DNA of 63,668 bases, filler included, from Basidiobolus meristosporus CBS 931.73 (lineage: Eukaryota; Fungi; Basidiobolomycota), in assembly GCA_002104905.1 (NCBI GenBank). It is 4 parts of 4 records of this genome, joined end to end, with 100 filler letters (N's around TTAATTAATTAA, not from the genome) between each part and the next. Parts side by side here need not be neighbours in the genome. Positions count along the whole stretch, not along the records: positions 54,371 to 63,668 come from MCFE01001328.1; 3 more parts are not named here. One strand, 5' to 3'. How positions within the stretch are numbered: the stretch's first letter is position 1; each line of letters starts with the position of its first letter. The notes beneath the pieces were generated by a model that searched no databases, was not told where the DNA came from, and saw only the letters and a list, made by a program, of their open reading frames with translations. The position numbers and the translations under genes were made by a program. Below are positions 59,710 to 63,668 of this stretch, piece after piece.

Positions 59710-61218
59710 TCAGGCAGAGGTTGTAGCTTCTTCAGAGGCAGCATTGATAATGTGACCTGCAGAGTCCCAGAGCTCTTCAAATGGTGCATCACTTAAGTCA
59801 GCAAGGAGGGAAATGGCATGATTCTTGAGAAAGTATGCCACATCATAGGAGGGGGCTTGTCTCTTGATGGCAGCAAAGAAAGACAGAATGGCAACATGGG
59901 CTGGAGGCTTGTTGAACAGTAGAGAGTCAGAGGATTCAGATTCTTCAGGCACTATCTTGAAGTCAGTTTTCAGCCAGTTAAGGTTCTTCTCCACAAAGGT
60001 AACAAATGGGTCAGCAATGTTTTGGTCTAGGATAACCTCCAGAATCTTCCCTTTTCTCCAGGCCAGGTTGACAATTCTTGAGAGCTGAATATTGCATGCC
60101 TTGAGTGCTTTCCTGATGTTGGAAATGGGAGTCCAGGGAACTTGCTTCAAGTACACCACAGTCCAGGTAGAAGCTGGTGGTAGGTTTGCTGGGGGCTTGT
60201 AAGTCCTTCTGTGTTGCAATGGAGCTGCAGTAGTCAGATTGGAGTCCACATTCTCAGTAGAAGGTTTTCTTGATGTGTCTTGCTGAATAGTACTGGAGCT
60301 GGATGTGCTGATAATTCTTGCTAGAACCTTGCCTGCATAAGTCTGAGGTATAGCTGAGGTGACTGTAGAGGTGGTGGCAGCTGGTGCAGGTGGAGAGGCA
60401 GAGACTGAAGCAGGAACTGAGGTCACCTGGGAGAAGGCAGTGGAAGCAGGTTTTCTGGGAGGAACAGAGTTCACTATCCAGTTGTTCTGTAAAACACTGG
60501 AGTAGCTTTTCTGTGGATCAGGATCTTGCTCTTGAACAGGAACAGAAGCAGGAGGCTGGGGCTGAGCAGTAGTGGTAAGGCAGTGGCACTCCAAGGAAGC
60601 TTTTTGCAAGGCATCTCTGGCAGTTTTCAGGGCAGTATTGGCTTCATTCTTGAGCTTCTTGCATTGGGCATCCAGTCTCTTGTTTTCAATAGCCAGGGCA
60701 GTATTGGCAGCCTCTAAATCAGCAATTCTCTTCTCAATTGCAAGGAATCTCTGAAGAAATGCATCAGTAGAAGTGCTGGCATCTGGGAGAGCAGTGGCAG
60801 GAATAGAGTCCATTGACAGTGGGCTTCTTGGAGGAAAGGAAAGTGGACTGGCAGATTCAGGCACAAAAGGAGATATCCTGGCAGGAGGAGAAGGAGTATC
60901 CAAGGCAGTAACAGAGGCAATTCTTGTTGGTGAAGCAGCAGCAGGGGAGGCAAGCCTGTTCAGAAACTGGGCAGGAGAGAGTGCTTGAGGAGAGGGAGTC
61001 TTCAGCTTGCCAAGCATGTCTTCCATCAGAGTGATACCAATATTCCTGGTGAATTTGCAGAGAAAAGTAAGCTTCCTGAGTCTGCCAGCTCTTCCATTCC
61101 TTCTGATAGTTCCTTTGTTTCCACAGTTAGGGCAAGAAATCTTCTTGACAGACTTGTCAAAGCAATCAAGAACCTTCCTTTCAGGTGTAGTGGGCTCCTG
61201 TTGAGGTTTTGGTGGCAT
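59710..61218 (-). CDS. LINE ORF1 (Gag-like): N-terminal Zn-ribbon-like motif, coiled coil, Pro/Ser-rich linkers, C-terminal folded domain
   Basis: ATG at 61218. CPNCGNKGTIRRNG...FLCK; heptad segment IEKRIADLEAANTALAIENKRLDAQCKKLKNE. Confidence 0.8.
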   Translation of the reverse strand: MPPKPQQEPTTPERKVLDCFDKSVKKISCPNCGNKGTIRRNGRAGRLRKLTFLCKFTRNIGITLMEDMLGKLKTPSPQALSPAQFLNRLASPAAASPTRIASVTALDTPSPPARISPFVPESASPLSFPPRSPLSMDSIPATALPDASTSTDAFLQRFLAIEKRIADLEAANTALAIENKRLDAQCKKLKNEANTALKTARDALQKASLECHCLTTTAQPQPPASVPVQEQDPDPQKSYSSVLQNNWIVNSVPPRKPASTAFSQVTSVPASVSASPPAPAATTSTVTSAIPQTYAGKVLARIISTSSSSTIQQDTSRKPSTENVDSNLTTAAPLQHRRTYKPPANLPPASTWTVVYLKQVPWTPISNIRKALKACNIQLSRIVNLAWRKGKILEVILDQNIADPFVTFVEKNLNWLKTDFKIVPEESESSDSLLFNKPPAHVAILSFFAAIKRQAPSYDVAYFLKNHAISLLADLSDAPFEELWDSAGHIINAASEEATTSA

Positions 61219-61287
61219 ATCCAGAGTTTCAGCTTCAAATTTCAATTCTTGAGATTTTTGGGTGATTTTTGATGGGCGGGATCAAAA

Positions 61288-61315
61288 TTAGGGTTAGGGT
61301 TGCGCGCTGTGACTG
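61288..61315 (-). promoter_or_regulatory. Putative LINE promoter: CAGTCACA plus (AACCCT)2 telobox
   Basis: TGTGACTG at 61308-61315 and TTAGGGTTAGGGTT at 61288-61301, about 70 nt upstream of the ORF1 ATG, in the only CpG-rich patch of the element. Confidence 0.45.
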
Positions 61316-61475
61316 CTTTTTACGATCGCAAGGTCAGATCCTAGGAAAAAATAAAAATAGTTAGTAAAGGTGATTTAATGGATGGATGGATGGATTCGGA
61401 GTCAGATTCAATCAAAAAATCACATTGTTGACTAATTTAAAGAGGAAAAATAAAATAGTTAGTAAGGTGATTTAA

Positions 61476-62170
61476 TAGGGTTAGGGGGGGAGACAGTCAC
61501 CAACAGGTGAAATCTTTATTTCAGTTGAAACAAAGAAGCCAGCGCTACTGTTGTAGCTTTGATACAAGAGTGTGTAGCTGAGGGGAATTTGTAGGTAAGT
61601 TAATAAGAAGTGATGATAGTTCTTCAGTGCTCAAGACACTGTTGAGTGGGAAGGGGGGTAGCAAGAGAGGTAAGAATGACTTGTGAACAACATTAATGAG
61701 GGGAATGTGATAAGGATTGATACTCATCATAAAGGGAGTGTGCTGCTGCAGATACTGCTGCCAAAGGTCTGTCAAGTACTTCAGGTAGGCCAGCTTGGGT
61801 TTTTCTGACTGCAGAATAAATTCAGCAAACTTCTTGACTTCAGGATCTCCAAGTATAGTTCTCCAGCAGGAGTCAGGCATTGTGTGGTGTGTTCTCTTCC
61901 AGGCCTTAATCAGTGGGTTGTTGCAGTTGTGAAGTCTGAGGTATAATCTGGTTCTAAGGTAGAGAAGTCTGATCTTATAGGGCATAAACCCAAAAGTACC
62001 AAGAATAGCATGTCTGTAGGGGCATTCAGGCAAATGAGGCACCAAGGAGGTAATGCACCATACTGCAAACTTGTCAAGCTTAGTGCAGTCTCTAGAAGTA
62101 AGAGAGAGAAGTGGTAAGCCAAATTCCAGGACAGGGAAGACAAACTGCTTGAGTAGAAGAAGGCAGCTGG
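61476..62170 (-). mobile_element. 5'-truncated family Z copy
   Basis: Near-identical to 56884-57566; truncated at GGCAGCTGGG, which runs directly into TTAGGG. Confidence 0.92.
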
Positions 62171-62755
62171 GTTAGGGGAGGGAAAGTCACCAAGTTGGTG
62201 AAATCTTTATTTGAGTTAAGAACTAATCTAAGTACAAATAAAGAAGCCAATTCAGAGGTCTAGAACCTCTCTAATAAGTAATCTAATTTATGTTTTGTTT
62301 CATCTCTAATGTTTGTTTCAATAAAGTAAAGCTCATCAGGGGTAAATATAAAATTCAGGGGTTTTGGGGGGAGTACAAATTGTAGATGTTTCTGATCAAT
62401 ATAATCCAAGACTGGAACCTAGCCTGGGATTAGGTGCAGTAGGAAAGGTGTATGGACTTGTAAGTAGCTCTGCCACATAGATCTTAGATGGTCCTGAGCC
62501 AGTAGTCTTGGTTTCTCAGCTTTTTGAAGTTTTGAAGCAAGCTCTGTTACTACAGCAGAGCCAACCAGGGTGTGCCAGCAAGAAGATTTCAGGGAGGATT
62601 CAGATTGAAGCCATTGTTGGATGGAGGGGTTATGTGATTTCTGAAGTTTGACTAGGAAGGAAGCACGGAGATAGATCATTCGGATTTGGTATGGGTAGAA
62701 CCCAAAGGCTCCATTAGTTGCATGGATATAGGGAGATACTGGAAGATAAGGTACC
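62169..62755 (-). mobile_element. 5'-truncated family Y copy
   Basis: VPYLPVSPYIHATNGAFGFYPYQIRMIYLRAS aligns with Z VPHLPECPYRHAILGAFGFMPYKIRLLYLRT; TGG changed to TAG at 62419. Confidence 0.88.
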
Positions 62756-63588
62756 TAGGGTTAGGGTTAGGGGGAGGGAAAGTCACCAAGGTAGGTGAAA
62801 TCTTTATTTGATTTCAGACAAGTCTAACTACAAATAAAGAAGCCAGCTGGGAATAGAAGATTCCCAAAGTAAATACTAAGTTGAATATGAATAAATCTAA
62901 GCTAAAGTTAAGGCAGTATCCCAGAGTACACTGGAGTTCAGGTTCATGGGGGAGTGAAGTAGATAAGCTTGAGAGATATAATAATCTTTAAGGAAGTGGG
63001 TAACAGCAGGTGAAGGGGAGTTTTTGATAAGTGAAGTGAATCTTGAGAGCAGAGATTCCTCTAATGAGAAGGTCTTGTAAACTGGAGAATCAGGAAACTC
63101 TTTAAAGGCATGGTCAGTAGGTTCCCAGTAAAGCTGGTCAGAGACATTTTGAGAGAACTCTTTAGCAATACTTTTGTCAAGTACTACCTCCAGAGTGTGA
63201 TGGTTGATAAATCTCATGTTGACAATCTTGGATAAGTTGTAACCTTGTTGCTTGAGATACATCCTATGCTCAGATATAGGAATAAACTCCACATTGGCAA
63301 AGTAGCAGACAGCCCAGTCAGTAGCAGGAGGCAAATCAGAAGTGGCAGGAAACTTTCTTTTGGTCTTGGGAGGAGCAGCAGGATGTCTTGAGGGAGCAGG
63401 AACAGACTTTTTGACAACTTCAGAGTAGGAAGAGTGAGCAGGAGCAGATGATTCTTGGGGAGTCTTAGGGTTAGGCTTTTAGATACTTTATTGTGAATTT
63501 CATATAGTGCTTACTAATACAAAGAGAAAAGTACAATAGGTAGCTATACATGAACATCTGAAAGAATAGCTATTGCTGGCTCTATGAT
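62756..63588 (-). mobile_element. Family X unit: ORF1-like coding region joined directly to the 3' tail (no EN/RT)
   Basis: ORF stops at 62897 and is followed by only ~135 nt of 3' UTR, then the telomeric junction. Confidence 0.8.
62897..63475 (-). CDS. ORF1/Gag-like protein C-terminal part (family X)
   Basis: PPATDWAVCYFANVEFIPISEHRMYLKQQGYNLSKIVNMRF...LEVVLDKSIA aligns with Z ORF1 PPASTWTVVYLKQVPWTPISNIRKALKACNIQLSRIVNLAW...LEVILDQNIA. The frame is open from ~63475 but has no ATG. Confidence 0.75.
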   Translation of the reverse strand, partial: PNPKTPQESSAPAHSSYSEVVKKSVPAPSRHPAAPPKTKRKFPATSDLPPATDWAVCYFANVEFIPISEHRMYLKQQGYNLSKIVNMRFINHHTLEVVLDKSIAKEFSQNVSDQLYWEPTDHAFKEFPDSPVYKTFSLEESLLSRFTSLIKNSPSPAVTHFLKDYYISQAYLLHSPMNLNSSVLWDTALTLA

Positions 63589-63668
63589 GGGTTAGGGGGA
63601 GGAAAGTCACCAAGTGGTGAAATCTTTATTTACTTATGACAAGTATCTAAAGAAGCCAAGTTAATCTG
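63589..63668 (-). mobile_element. Family W 3' tail (runs off the window)
   Basis: Matches 56749-56830. Confidence 0.8.

Larger units (their letters stand above)
56884..61475 (-). mobile_element. Full-length family Z LINE (ORF1 + APE endonuclease + RT)
   Basis: 5' UTR/promoter ~61219-61475, three ORFs in one frame, 57-nt structured 3' UTR, no poly(A). Confidence 0.92.
55891..63668 (-). mobile_element. Telomere-associated head-to-tail array of non-LTR retroelements (families W, X, Y, Z)
   Basis: At least 9 units, all on the minus strand. Each 3' end abuts GGGTTAGGG (56318, 56749, 56863, 61476, 62169, 62756, 63589) and shares the motif GTCACC-N4-6-GGTGAAATCTTTATT...AAAGAAGCCA. Confidence 0.9.

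Noticed and set aside
56884-61475. Assignment of the telomeric LINE to MoTeR or to Penelope-like Coprina/Athena
   Set aside because: It has an N-terminal APE-type endonuclease, a separate ORF1 and LINE-type RT motifs; no C-terminal restriction-like or GIY-YIG nuclease is seen.

Overview
Eukaryotic, fungal-like DNA with short GT-AG introns and TTAGGG repeats; an early-diverging fungus is plausible but is inference. Three artificial 100-nt N/TTAATTAATTAA linkers join four segments, so adjacency across them is not established. Segment 1 (1-12467) is gene-dense: an UNC-93-like MFS gene and its pseudogene, PRMT5, eIF2-gamma, a divergent RPS11/RPL35 pair and partial TRAPPC13. Segment 2 (12568-37805) holds CpG-depleted, mostly decayed transposons: CACTA-like remnants, PHIS-superfamily DDE elements with ANT target duplications (including a near-intact 3.4-kb copy and a 733-bp fold-back MITE), solo LTRs, and copia and gypsy remnants. 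Segment 3 (37906-54270) is a multi-level nest of Ty1/copia and Ty3/gypsy elements. Segment 4 (54371-63668) is a PHO84-like gene followed by the main discovery: a head-to-tail, single-orientation array of at least four families of non-LTR retroelements separated only by 1-3 telomeric GGGTTA units. The families are a full-length APE-RT LINE, a diverged second RT family, a family with ORF1 but no RT, and a short family. All share a conserved two-hairpin 3' end with no poly(A). This looks like a telomere-specialised retrotransposon system, reminiscent of HeT-A/TART and TRAS, coexisting with telomerase-type repeats.
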